Shown here: one piece after another, positions 1 through 11,800 of the stretch
Numbering within the stretch: the stretch's first letter is position 1
Layout of the letters: each line of letters opens with the position of its first letter
Source of the DNA: Podarcis cretensis
Taxonomy: Eukaryota
Assembly (NCBI GenBank): GCA_951804945.1
Contig: OX638156.1
Coordinates: 83,762,001-83,826,000, forward strand
DNA length: 64,000 nt
Direction: 5' to 3'
Made by a program: the position numbers and the translations under genes
Notes under the pieces: generated by a model
Told to the model about the DNA's origin: nothing
The model's input: the letters and a program-made list of their open reading frames with translations, nothing else
The model's database searches: none

Positions 1-199
1 CTGAAAAGGCACTGCTGTTGGCTCCCTCGGAATGACAAGCGCTTCAACCTAGGGGGACCCAGCTCATTTTTGTAAAGTGCGATATAAGCACTGGCGAGGC
101 TGCATACGCAGCACGCACATCGAAAAGCTCACCCTGCTCAAAGGCTCCTGGGAGCTGCAGTTTGCTAAGGATGCTGGGGATTATTGTAGCTCCGTGCGG

Positions 200-1300
200 G
201 CAAGCAAACTTTGGGCGTGGGGAACGTGCGTCAGCTGCCACCTAAGGCAGGTAAGCAAGGAGGAGAGAGGCTGCACGAGTCCCTCTTCTGCGCCAGCCGG
301 CCAGCCTGTCAGTTAGCCAGCCAGGGAAACGGACCTCTGCGGGTCGGTGTGTGTCGCTTTCTGCCTCTCGTTTCTCTCTGCGCAGCAGCAGCAGCAGCGA
401 AGAGGAGGATGCGCAGGGGCTGCTTCGTAGGTCCAGTCCGGGGGCGGCTGCCAAGGTGTGCCATGAGCCCCGAGCTCCTCCCCTCCGGGCCAGAAGGGCT
501 GGCACAGCAGCCGCGGCCACCGCCATCCAGGCCCCACCGGGCCGCCCCGCCCCCCTGCCCGGCGCGCGGCACCGAGACCAGCGCAGGCCTCGCGAGGCCA
601 AAAGCGTCACACGGGTACAAAAAAAAGCGTTATGCAAATAGGAGCGCGGGCCCAACGCGTGACCTTTGACCCCGCCCCCCTCTCCCGCCCGCCCGCCACT
701 CACCGGCTTCAGGGCCTCCTCCTCTCCCCTCACACCCCTCTCTCTTTCGCCGCGCGAGGCACAAAGCGGCGGCGGCGGCGGCCCCTTCAGCGACGGTAGC
801 AAGAAGCGGCGGCGACGACAGCGGCGGAACCGGAGGGGACGCTGTGGGTTCGGCGGTGGGCAGGAAGAGGCGGGGCTTACCGGGCCGGAGCAACCAATAG
901 CCGGCGGCGAGCGCCTTTCGAACGCGCGGCGGCGGCCAACCGCCTCCTCCGAGACGCGCGTGCGCTGCGCCGCCACTCCCGTTTGTGTTTTCTTTCCCCC
1001 CTCCCTTTCCTTTCCGAATAAACAAAAACGCAGCCCGGCTTTGAACAAGGGGGAAGGGCGCATGCGCGCTTTTGAGGCTGGGAGGAGGGGGAAGGGGCAG
1101 AAGCGAGCTTCTTTTGGCGGGAAAGTGTGATTCCCCCCCCCCCCAAAATCAGGCGACTGCGCTCTGTCTCGCGGCCAGCCACGCCCACTCCTGAGAAAGC
1201 CTCCTTCACATGGGAATTTTGTACATGCTCAGGAGACGGTGGCTCTCACTTACCTCCAGCGCTCGCTGTTCCAAGGGGAACGAACCCCCGGCAACCAGGG
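200..1300 (-). promoter_or_regulatory. CpG-island promoter and non-coding first exon(s) of the downstream minus-strand gene, probably HP1BP3
   Basis: Very GC/CpG-rich against a CpG-depleted background. Motifs: E2F TTTTGGCGGGAAA 1112-1124, NRF1 GCGCATGCGC 1058-1067, CHR-like TTTGAA 1040-1045, CCAAT 894-898, GC box ~868-876, DR1 TGACCTTTGACCC 660-672, octamer ATGCAAAT 632-639. Minus-strand donor CCG|gtgagt at 704/703. HP1BP3 is inferred only from human EIF4G3-HP1BP3 synteny; none of its coding sequence is in the window. Confidence 0.75.
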
Positions 1301-2154
1301 ATTCCTTCGTGAGGGGCAGCAATCTTGACATGCTCAGAATCTCACCCGGCTTAAAAAAAGCGGGTGGGAAGGAGTATATGGAATACTGTACATTTTTTAA
1401 TCCTCAAGAACAATGAGATGGTTTATGCATAGGAGGACTCGCGCCAGAGAAGAAGGCAAAGCCAAGTGGAATCTGGTTGCTCTCTGCACATGCCCAGGAG
1501 ATAACCAGGAGCCCATCGAAAGCAGGCGCTCTCATTTATATGGACATGGCTTCTGTAAAGACTGAGAGCTAATAAGGGGGACAGGCTCATCTTTGCTTAA
1601 CACTTAAAGAGATAAGACCTGTTGTAGCGAAGCAGGGAGAAAGAAAGAAATGGTTCTGTGGCTGAAGACAAGCTTCTTATAGAGGTTCCAGAGAGACACC
1701 TGCCACATGCAATGGAAAAAAAATCCAAGGATTTTATAGAACAGGCTTAACGGTAGTTCCCAGTGCTTGTGGTTCCTTAGTTGTAAGTAAAAAGCAAGCC
1801 CATTCATTACCAACTCATATTCACCCCCCTGTAACAACAGCCCTGCAAAGTAGGCCACTGTCTTCACCGTTGTAGCCAGACAGATAATTTGGTCTCTGCT
1901 CCTCCCTCTGCTCAGGAATGGCACGCAGGAGAACAAGCAGGACTCTGGGTCTTGGGTCCTGCGACACGTTATGCAAAGCAATGCCCCTCCTCACAAATAT
2001 GTGTGTGAGCATATGCAGAGTTTTTAATGAAAAATGAGACTCCTCTTGTTCCTGCAAACCAGTTAAGTCACAGCCAGGCTCCTATGGTGGAGTAAGCAAA
2101 CAGTGCATGAAAGGCTACATTTTGACATCCTCAAATGACAGCAGGCACTAAATA

Positions 2155-2367
2155 CAGTGGTACCTCTGGTTACATACTTAATTCGTTCCGGAGGTCCGTT
2201 CTTAACCTGAAACTGTTCTTAACCTGAAGCACCACGAACTAATGGGGCCTCCCGCTGCCGTCGTGCGATTTCTGTTCTCATCCTGAAGCAAAGTTCTTAA
2301 CCCGAGGTACTATTTCTGGGTTAAGGGAGTCTGTAACCTGAAGCATATGTAACCAGAGGTACTACTG
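2155..2367. mobile_element. Tc1/mariner (pogo/Tigger-like) MITE, 213 bp
   Basis: 22-bp TIRs CAGTGGTACCTCTGGTTACATA (21/22 match); TA duplication at 2153-2154 and 2368-2369. Confidence 0.9.
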
Positions 2368-3244
2368 TATATAAAACTGCAACCTTTTCTTTTTGGATGT
2401 ATTCAAAGCCCTGCCAAGTCCCCGCATCCTATTTCCTGGCCGCTGGACCAACCAAATGTAGAGACCCCATGAACAAGGCAGAAACGCAGCTAACCTCCCT
2501 TTTTGAGCGAGGCCATCTAGGTGCCTCCAACGCCCCACATGAACAGGGCAAGAGTATACTCAAGCCAAGCTGGAACTAAGGTACACTGCACCTGAAAGTG
2601 GAGGTTCCATCTCTTGCTCACAGCTGCTGGTGGAACCATCTCAGTACCACAGGTACTTCCTTGCTGGGATAGACAAGCATCTTGTTTCTATTATCGGAGA
2701 GCTGGTTGTAGTGCAGGAAACCTTGAATTGGGACGTTTTGGAAGGCTGGGATAGGGAGATGAGGTACCCTCTCCAAACGCCTACCAGCACCTTGCAAGCC
2801 GACATTTAATATATAATTCGTTTTAAGGTTTCTAACCTCCTGCACTGAAAAATGCAATATCAATCTGAAAAAGAGCCACTACCACACATATATTATTTGG
2901 CAGAATTAAGGAGTAAAACCACCCCATGGGCAGCAGAATCTCATCTTAATCTGCTGACTAAGCCATGGCCATTAAAAGCAAAGTGATGTTCTCTCCTTTA
3001 GCTGCTATAAGTGTTTCCCAGGTTTTATTGTAGATTTCTATGATTGTTAACAGAGAGGAAGGGCAAAATATATGTTTTGATAAATCTATTGCACCATCCT
3101 GTTCTATTAGGGGCCAACCAGAGGCCCCAAAAGAGAAGCCCCCATGCAGGACCTGGGTGCAAAAGCCAGCACTCTCCTCACCTGTGCTCGCTCCTGACTT
3201 GGATTCAAAGCCATACAGTGACCACTGACTTAATTAAAATAATC

Positions 3245-3560
3245 CTCTGCTAAAGCCATCCAAGTTGGTGGCCATCACTACATCTTGTGGCAGTAAGTTC
3301 CATAGTTTAATTATTTCTTTTCGTCTGTCGTGAATCTTCCAACAATCAGCTCCACTGGATGGCTCTTTTTTGGTTCTACTATTATGAGGGAGGAAAAACT
3401 CCTCTCTCCACCCCATGCATACTTTTATACCCCTCTATAATCCCCCCCTTACAATTTTTCTACACTTAAAAAAGCCCGAAATGTTGCAGCTTTCCCTCAC
3501 ACAGGAATTGCTCCAGCCCCATGATCTTCCTGCACCTTCTCCAACACTATAATGGCCTTG
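3245..3560 (-). mobile_element. Degraded CR1-type LINE 3' fragment
   Basis: Minus-strand translation KLWNLLPQDVVMATNLDGF resembles the CR1 ORF2 C-terminus; boundaries approximate. Confidence 0.6.
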
Positions 3561-3672
3561 GGTTCTTCCTAGTCCTACTCAAGAGTTGACCATTGAAGTT
3601 TATGGGCTTGGCCAATTTAGGGTCATTCATTTCAGTGGGTTTGCTCTGAGCTGGACTTAAGCTGGATCCAAC
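3560..3672. mobile_element. Palindromic ~120-bp MITE-like element, degraded copy
   Basis: Shares the GTCCTACTC-AGAGT-GACC-ATTGAA...TTCAGTGGGT...CTGAG...TGGAT-CAAC core with the copies at 40005, 57557 and 62256. Confidence 0.6.
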
Positions 3673-3777
3673 CTCTTTTATAAACAAATAAATCGGAATT
3701 AACAAGGGTTCCCCCACCCAACACCACCACTTTCCAGCTTCTGCTCAAGATGGCACATGCCATTTTCATCCTTCAAG

Positions 3778-3897
3778 TGGGTGATCTTGGGCCAGTTGTT
3801 CACTCTCAGCTTAACCCATCTCACAGGACTGCTGTGAGGATAAAATAGAGAGAACTATGTACACCACATGGAGGAAAGGAGATAAAAATGAATTAAA
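3778..3897 (+). mobile_element. Old CORE-type SINE fragment
   Basis: gtgatcttgggccagt...ctctcagc...ctcacagg...gtgaggataaaa matches the core of the SINE at 61358. Confidence 0.55.
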
Positions 3898-4401
3898 TCG
3901 CTCTCTGGCCAAAGGCAGCAAATGATAAGCCCAGAAATTTGGCAAAAGCTTAGTGCAGTTTGAGGCAGACCCATTGTAAAGAGGGGGCTGTATCCAATGC
4001 TATTCCCTCTCTTGAGCAGGCCCATTTATTCCATCCAGTCTGCTCTAATCTACTTGGAAACCATCTATGACTTTTGTTAGCTGAACAGGAATTGCCAATT
4101 TCCCCTCTACTTCCAGAGTGCTTTAATTTTGCTGAAAACTGCAAAAGCTGTGGGGAATCTTCCTCAACCCACCATACTTTCATGCAGAAATGCCACCTGC
4201 CTTCTTCATTAGAAAGGTTGGAGGAACTGGAAGATGAACTTAAAAGTGCAGGATTGTGGGGACTGCACCAGCCCCATCATCCCTGACCTGTGAGCCTGCT
4301 GGGAGCTTGGAGTCTAGCAACATCACCTGTAAGGCTATTGGTTCCCCATCCCTGTTCAAACTCAAGGAGGATCAATTCTGCCTGCTCCCAGCAAGATTTG
4401 T

Positions 4402-4650
4402 AAAGAAGAGGAGTTTGGATTTGATATCCCGCCTTTCACTCCCCTTCAGGAGTCTCAAAGCGGCTAACATTCTCCTTTCCCCTTCTCCCCCACAACAAAC
4501 ACTCTGTGAGGTGAGTGGGGCTGAGAGACTTCAGAGAAGCGTGACTGGCCCAAGGTCACCCAGCAGCTGCATGTGGAGGAGCAGAGACGCGAACCCGGTT
4601 CCCCAGATTACGTGACTACCGCTCTTAACCACTACACCACACTGGCTCTC
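4402..4650 (-). mobile_element. tRNA-derived CORE SINE (Squam3-like), full length
   Basis: Reverse complement closely matches 61358-61608: tRNA-like head GAGAGCCAGTGTGGTGTAGTGGTTAAGAGC, CORE segment, (CTT)n tail. Family name from recall. Confidence 0.85.
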
Positions 4651-7600
4651 AAGGAAGCAGCTTTTACCTTCATGGTAACAGAAAGCTGGAGTTAGTGAAG
4701 AATGTTAGGCAGGGTGAGATTCTTTTGATGTGTGCGCACATGCATAGAAGCCCATTGTTTATGACGGCTCTGTTGACATCAGTACTTTTCATAGAACCAT
4801 TTTAAAAAGGACTCGAACCTTCCTGACCCAAAGCTGCTCTCTTTCTCTTTCAAAACACACAGAAGTCATGGTTGCTAAGCTAAACCAAAACCCAGAAATG
4901 CAGGCTTTAAAGTCAGTTGGTATTAATAACTTTGGGGCTGCAATTTTGCATGTTCTGCTCACTTCTCTATCAATACTCCCATTTCTTCAGACCTGCTTCC
5001 TTCAGCTGTAAAATTCTAAAAACCAAACCGTAGAGCCACAGGAGGCTGTGCCATTTTAACTGAAGCAAACTGTGCCGCTTCTAAAACACCCAAACTGTTC
5101 AATAGCTCTAAGTGTTTGAATGTGGCTGTGGCTTAATTAAAATCCTTTCACAGCCACCGCCACCAGCAACTTCTATATTTTTTAGCTTCTTGCAATAAGG
5201 TGGCTGCCAGCCCCCAGGAGTTGAAAGGAGAAAATGATACAGAATGCTCACACACACACACACACACACACAATGGACTTGGGTTGCCTGAAGGCAACAG
5301 TGTGAGAATCCCCAAGGAAGTGCTGTAGAAGACCTGTAGGTGCCAGCATAGTAAAATTAGCAAATGTCTGTGACACTCTTTGCAAGGCAGCTGCCTGGGT
5401 CAGCTTGTAGGCCCTGCTGGAAACCTGTGCACCTGTACCTCCGCTTTAAATACCCTGACTTCACCCCAGGGCTTTGCAAGTCTTGGCCTGGAAATCTAAC
5501 TTTGGGCTTACTGCTTATGAGGGAGCAGAACCCCCTCCTCAAATTACACACAGTAGTTCCAAGTAAAAGTGCATTCATTTCTGACCGTAGTCTTTGTGCT
5601 TCTGTGGAATGGGTTAAGAACTAGGGCACACTGCTTCAGGTGTATGGTCAGAGACTGCTGGCAAAATGGGATGTTTGCCCATGATATCCAACCAGTGTTA
5701 ATTATTTTCCAGATCCACAGATAGGAAATGAACGCCATACAGCATGCAGAAATAAAAAAGCAAGGGTAACATATTCAGAGTAATGTTGGGCTCGAGTGCA
5801 CCATCTCTTCCAAAAAGAAAAGAAAGAAGGAATATGTATCTTGGTTCTACTTGCATACAAAGGAAAAGTTCACACCCTGCAACTAACAACATGGCATAAT
5901 TCTATAGTCTCAAAATGTAGTGCAAAATGACATCTACCCTTCCAACATGGCACAAACAGTGTAGATAGTAATCTGCTACACCTGTTCCCATTACCTCTGT
6001 GGTAGAAAAGTAAAAATAAAACCCACCCATACAAAAAAAAAAACCCCGCCCTCCAATCATGACTACTAACACTTTGAGATTATATGATGGTTGCAAAGTT
6101 CTAAGCCTAGGACTCTCCAGCTAATTTACTTTTAGTCAGACTTTGAACTTAAACCTTTTGTTGCTGTTGCAAGCTTTCAGCTGGCTGTTATTGCAATTGC
6201 TGATAGAGCTTCATAAAGGGACATTTCAACCCAAGTAATCTGAGTGAGGAAGTGACCAAGTTCCACGCAGCTTGCTTTACGATAGTGAACGGAGAGAAAG
6301 AACCTTATTCCAGGCGTTTTTGTTACTGGAGTCACCTCTGGACTATGACAACTAGGCACTCCCTTGAATACTTAACAGGTTGAACAATTCCCTTTCAAAG
6401 GAAGCAAGTGTGGACCCACTTACTTATCTCCACTAACTTTGCTGTAAGACAAGGTTGTCAACCTTACTGGAATAAATAACATGCTAGCGGGACTGGCACC
6501 TGCTTGCTCAGAGAAAACCAGGCCTTCATTTCTAACAATGCCGTGAAGAGTAACAGGGATCCTGAGAAGCTCCCAGTGAAAAAGACAAAAACTCTCAACT
6601 CCTTTTCTGTTACTACTAGTTCCAGCAGCAAACAATTTGAATCACACCCATTTTCCATACAGAAGATGTAACAATGCTTCTTTATGCCACTGCTGCAGTA
6701 GAATTTTCATCTTATGGAAAGGTGAGCTGCCTTGACCCAGTCACTCCTTGGCTGAAGAAGGCAGGGTCAGGAGCAGAGCTCAGTGTTCCTGCACCGTTTT
6801 AAAAAAAAAAATTAAGAGGGGGAAAATACCATACAGTGAGATGAAGGCTTTTGAAATGCACCCCCTCGGCCTGATTTGCCTTGAAGCACGATCAGATTAA
6901 AGCCTGCTCCTGCAGAAGCCTCCCCAGCAATACTTAAAACAGTTTCCAGTTTCCGGTGATCACATGTAAACACAGCAACCCAGTAACAAATGAAGTAAAA
7001 CAAGGGTTATTTTGCATTTTCTTTTGGAACGACAAGGCGAGGCCATCCTAGACTTCCACAAATTGCAAAAAGCAGCCTGAGGGGGGGCTCATTTAAGAAC
7101 AGGTGAGCCATCACAGGGAGAGCCAGCAGCTGGTTATCTCAGGCGGCCAACAGAGATCAAACTTATTCAGATGTGGAGAAGGTGCTTTACAGAGAACAAT
7201 CTACAAATGGAAAAAGCTTTGTGGAGGTGTATTGGGATGTGCGGACATAGCACACACCCCCCAAACCGGATAAAATTGGCCAAGCAGAAATTCTGACACC
7301 GCGAACCATTAACCACATTATGTACACTCCTTTCACCTCAAAGGGAGGGAAAGCAACACACTCCCTTAAGGGCAGGCGGGAGGTGTAAGAGATTTAATAA
7401 GCACCTTATTGGAGGATAATGCTCACAAAGAAGCTGCAGCTGTACTGACCCTTTCTGCACACTGTAAATCACCTGCAGCAGAGTGCAAAGGTTGGTGAAC
7501 ACACTTTGGCATGCCGCACAGAAAATCCATCCGTAACAAAACCTTTCCCAAAGAATGACCCACCTCCTCTTTATTTACTCCTTTAACTTCCTCCCTCCCC

Positions 7601-7749
7601 GCTTGCCCAATAGACTTGGGCAAACAGGTCACGGGGGCAGTTCAGGTCAGGAATGTTAATGCCCCCCCTCCGAGGGAGGCAGCATGCCATGGCTTGAGGG
7701 GGCCAGGCACCTTCAAAGCTGCCATCAAAAGAAGCCACTTTCTTGTGCT

Positions 7750-8701
7750 TTTAAACTTGCAAGGTTTGTCTTTATTTTGTTCTTTATATTTTGAAAGTGA
7801 AAAGAAATAGTATCGAGTCAATTTCTTTCTTTTTTTAAATATTTGTTCTATGTATTTACAAGCCTTAAAGTTGCTCTAAAGGTTCTGAAAGTATCACTAG
7901 TACTTTTTGCTGCTTCTTTTTTCTTCTTCCTCCAGGATAGCACTGTTTTGCTTTGAGCAAGTTATTTTTCCAAGCAGTCTGGTCCACAGCCGTTTTCTCA
8001 AACGCGGTTTTCCTTCAGCTCCAAGGTTATGCTTTGTTGCTTTTGATTTTTTTTAAATTGTGGAAAGCAAGCTGAGAGGCAGGCGAAAAAAAAATTGATG
8101 ATTTTTTTTTCTTTTTTAAAAAAAGTTCATCTCCCTCATCCTCGTTCATTCCCAAACCCCTTTAGAATTTAATACACAGATACCGTGCTTTGAAACAAAA
8201 CTGAGGTGGCTCTGAAAAGGGAGGGAAATTTATTTATCTGGTGTTTTTTTTGTCTATTATACAATTTGCTACAGAAACTGCAAATTTAAAAATTACACTG
8301 ACATTTGCAGTTCTTAAAATAATAAATTAAAGTTCTCACTTTTTGTCTAAAGAGATTTGTTTCTTTTTAAAGTAGGAGTCCTTGTTTAAAAAGGAAAAAT
8401 AAAAGATTAAAACAGAAAATATTTTTCTATAAATAGATGTATTTTGGTTTAGTGCTCCTGCCCTCAGGTTTGAAGTGGACTTGAATTTTCAAGTACTTTT
8501 TGTCCTCCATGATCGCCTTTGCGTTTATATCGGGTTTTTTTGTCTCCTCTCCCACTCGTGCACATGTGGGGGAAGGGGGGGCTCTGCGCGAGAATTGGCC
8601 TTGCTGCACTGTGATTGGCGAAGACGTGAAACTTTTTTTAAAAAAATACTTAAATTGTTTTTTTGTGGTTTTTTTGAGTTTTTTTTTTTTGTAATTCAGT
8701 T
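7750..8701 (-). other. EIF4G3: EIF4G3 3' UTR
   Basis: AT-rich sequence after the TGA; minus-strand AATAAA at 8229-8234 and 7771-7776; TGTAAATA (Pumilio element) at 7853-7860. The 3' end is approximate. Confidence 0.7.
7771..7776 (-). terminator. EIF4G3: Probable distal polyadenylation signal (AATAAA) of EIF4G3
   Basis: tttatt on + strand at the end of the AT-rich UTR block, with an upstream TGTA motif. Confidence 0.6.
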
Positions 8702-8883
8702 TCAATTATCCTCCGACTCCTCTTCGGCTTCTCGTAGCCACGTGAAGAACGCCGTGACCGATTTTAATGCTACGCCTTTCCCGTTCTGTTCCGCAGGGTC
8801 TTTGCTGCTTTCCCACTTGTAGAAGGCATCCTCTGATATCACCTCCTCATCATACAGGCAATCAAAAAACATCCGTAACAAAT
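8702..8883 (-). CDS. EIF4G3: EIF4G3 last coding exon (W2 domain C-terminus, MNK-binding region)
   Basis: cag| acceptor; (N)[59 protein letters not shown]. Confidence 0.97.
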
Positions 8884-11800
8884 CTGTGGGGGAAGGAAAG
8901 GAAGAGGTGAACACTCCCCCCTGGACAGCAACCAAAGCAGACACGACTGGCTAGCAAGCTCAGTTCAAAATGTGAATTGCAGTGTGCTGAGCCTTCAACC
9001 CAACCCTCCACTTATATTTTATAAATTTACTCCGTCTGACCCCTTTTAGTCCTTCGTCAATCGGGGTGCCAATGAAACACAAATATCATTGCTCTTCAGA
9101 GCTCAGAGGGCTCTCCCAGGTGAGAGGCCTTTCTAGGGCTCCACAGTGGGTAGGTTTTTGTTCAGATGGTGTGGCTAAGCTGAAGGAACATCCTGCATCA
9201 GGGCAGGTTTAGAATCCAGGCTCCCAACACTGCAAAAAACTTTCAGATAGATAGATAAATAAATAAATAAATAAATAATATGTGGATGATATAAAACTGA
9301 GGAGAAATTGCTATATACTTGACATTTCCTCCATTTCTCTGGATGACAAGGGTAATAGGACTGGAAACAGAGAAACTGGAAACAGAGGGCTGCCTTTTTT
9401 GGTTGCTGACTGGGAGCCACATTCAAACTCAGGGGGATTTTCTGTGGCCCTTATTCATCTTGAACAAAAGCAAAATGATGCACCCCAAGAAAATCTAGTA
9501 TAAATTGGCTTTGGGGTACCAGCAAATGGCCCTACAGCCAGTGACAGCACATCATGTTCCGTCCTATATTACACAAGCCCAATTCAAGGGACCAAGGCCC
9601 AAAGACCACCCTGACCCTGAGTACACTTACTCGGAGGTTGATCAAGTTTTACTATTGATGCTTGTAGTGCGTAAAGTGCTTGTAGTTCCTTCTCTGTGTC
9701 CGCGTCTAGGTACTTAAGTAAGATCGGCACTCTCTGCTTGATAACAGCAGTGTCCACTCGCAAGCTAGAACTGTCCACTAGAAAAGAGAAGAGATTCAAT
9801 GTCAGCATTTGGTTAAAAGCTGGCCAGGAAGGAGGAAGGCAGGCAACTCTTATCTATCCTCTGTCTTCACAGACAAATCTCAATTCAAGGCAAAAGGGAT
9901 AGCAGCAGCAGAAATTAAACATTCTTCAACGTCTGGACTGCTTATGCAATTGGAATGGTTTATTTCACCAGCTCATCTTCCAAAAATTAGAAGCTTTGAA
10001 AGAAAGAGGCTGTGTCACTTCATCCTACCTCCTGCAATTTTAGGTACCAAAAATATAAAAGATGGAATACATCACTACCTGTATCTGGGATCTAAAAATA
10101 TTTAGGCTTGACTCTCACTGGGTGGTACCCCTTCACACTACAGGAGTGGGGTTCACATTGTGGAATGCTCTTCCATATCCCTCCCCCCAATATCTCTGCA
10201 CATGTCAGAAAGCTAGCATGTCAGGACAGAAACCTGACACACTTGTTTTCTATATGCAGGGACTCATTAAAGGTAAAGGTAAAGGTACCCCTGCCCGTAC
10301 GGGCCAGTCTTGACAGACTCTGGGGTTGTGCGCCCATCTCACTTAAGAGGCCGGGGGCCAGCGCTGTCCGGAGACACTTCCGGGTCACGTGGCCAGCGTG
10401 ACATCGCTGCTCTGGCGAGCCAGAGCTGCACACGGAAACGCCGTTTACCTTCCCGCTGGTAAGCGGTCCCTATTTATCTACTTGCACCCAGAGGTGCTTT
10501 CGAACTGCTAGGTTGGCAGGCGCTGGGACCGAGCAGCGGGAGCGCACCCCGCCGCAGGGATTCGAACCGCCGACCTTTCGATCGGCAAGCCCTAGGCGCT
10601 GAGGCTTTAACCCACAGCGCCACCTGCGTCCCAGGGACTCATTAGCTGGTGTGTTAATGTTCTCCTCTCCCCTCACAGTTTTACTGAACTTATGAAGTGG
10701 CCACAAGTATGGACTTTAGCCAACTAAATCCCCATTCAGCTACACTACAAAAGCACAAAAAGGTTTAATGCACAGAAACTGGAAGGCAAAAAGGCATCAC
10801 TCTCACCGGCGCCCCTGCCCCAAATCCATGGGGGCCACTGCTGGCTAGAATTCAAAGATCTCCTTACACACACCCTCAAAATGAAGAACTGCCATTGAAA
10901 CAGTTATCACTTGATGTTTTCTAATGGAACAACTCAGGATATAAAACAACTGGTGGAAACGGTAATAAGGTAGGTGATTTCTCTTCTTCCAACCATAGTA
11001 TGCTTCCAAATGATATGGATTGGATTCACAGAAAAAACGGATCTGGAGAATCCCAGAAATCCCTGGGATGGAAGACACATTAACATGACCTGTTCTGGTC
11101 GCTCATTATCTGTGTCTCATCAGTGGGACATTTCATGCAGAGCGCATGCTTAAAAAGAGACTGTGGTGAAGAATTCAAATTCCATGCAAAACAGAGGAAA
11201 GATATTGATGGCTTCATGTCTAAAACTTCTGGATGAACATTACTCACCTATAATAGCGGCTTTACAAACTGCTGTCATTAAAGCTCTAAGGAATGTAGGT
11301 GAACTCATCTGGCTCTCGTCTAGATTAGCCTGAAATCAAGAGTATTTGCAGAAGTCAAAAAAGCCCACGGGTTGCATCACAGCACCTCGTCTGAAGAACT
11401 CGCTGATGAAGGAATCTTATAAGCTCACTCATTAAAGTGCTTCCTACCAGATCAGCTCACCCCAAAGTGTTCCTGGGAGCAGGAAAATGGCTTATATTCT
11501 CTCCCCCAATTCTGCCTTCTACGGTGTTATTTATTCAGCAGGAAAAACAGTCTGTTGCTGGAGAGTCACATAAAAAAGGCATTCTAGGATGGAACTCAGT
11601 GCTACAGATCAAAACCCTCTGGCATCTGTAAAAGCAATAATTTCTCTCTAGCCCTACAATGCAGCCCTCTAGGCGAGCAAAATTGTGTTCTGGTGACAAG
11701 CAGCAATCCCCAGGGGCGAAACCAGACTCTGCTGAAAGTGAGGGTCAGGAAAGCAGTGTGGAGACAGGTGAGGGCTGTGGTGAAATGCTCCCAACCCCGT

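Noticed and set aside
211-1209. Long overlapping ORFs (up to 273 aa) at the window start
   Set aside because: Expected from stop-poor CpG-island sequence; low-complexity Arg/Pro/Gly translations with no recognisable domain.
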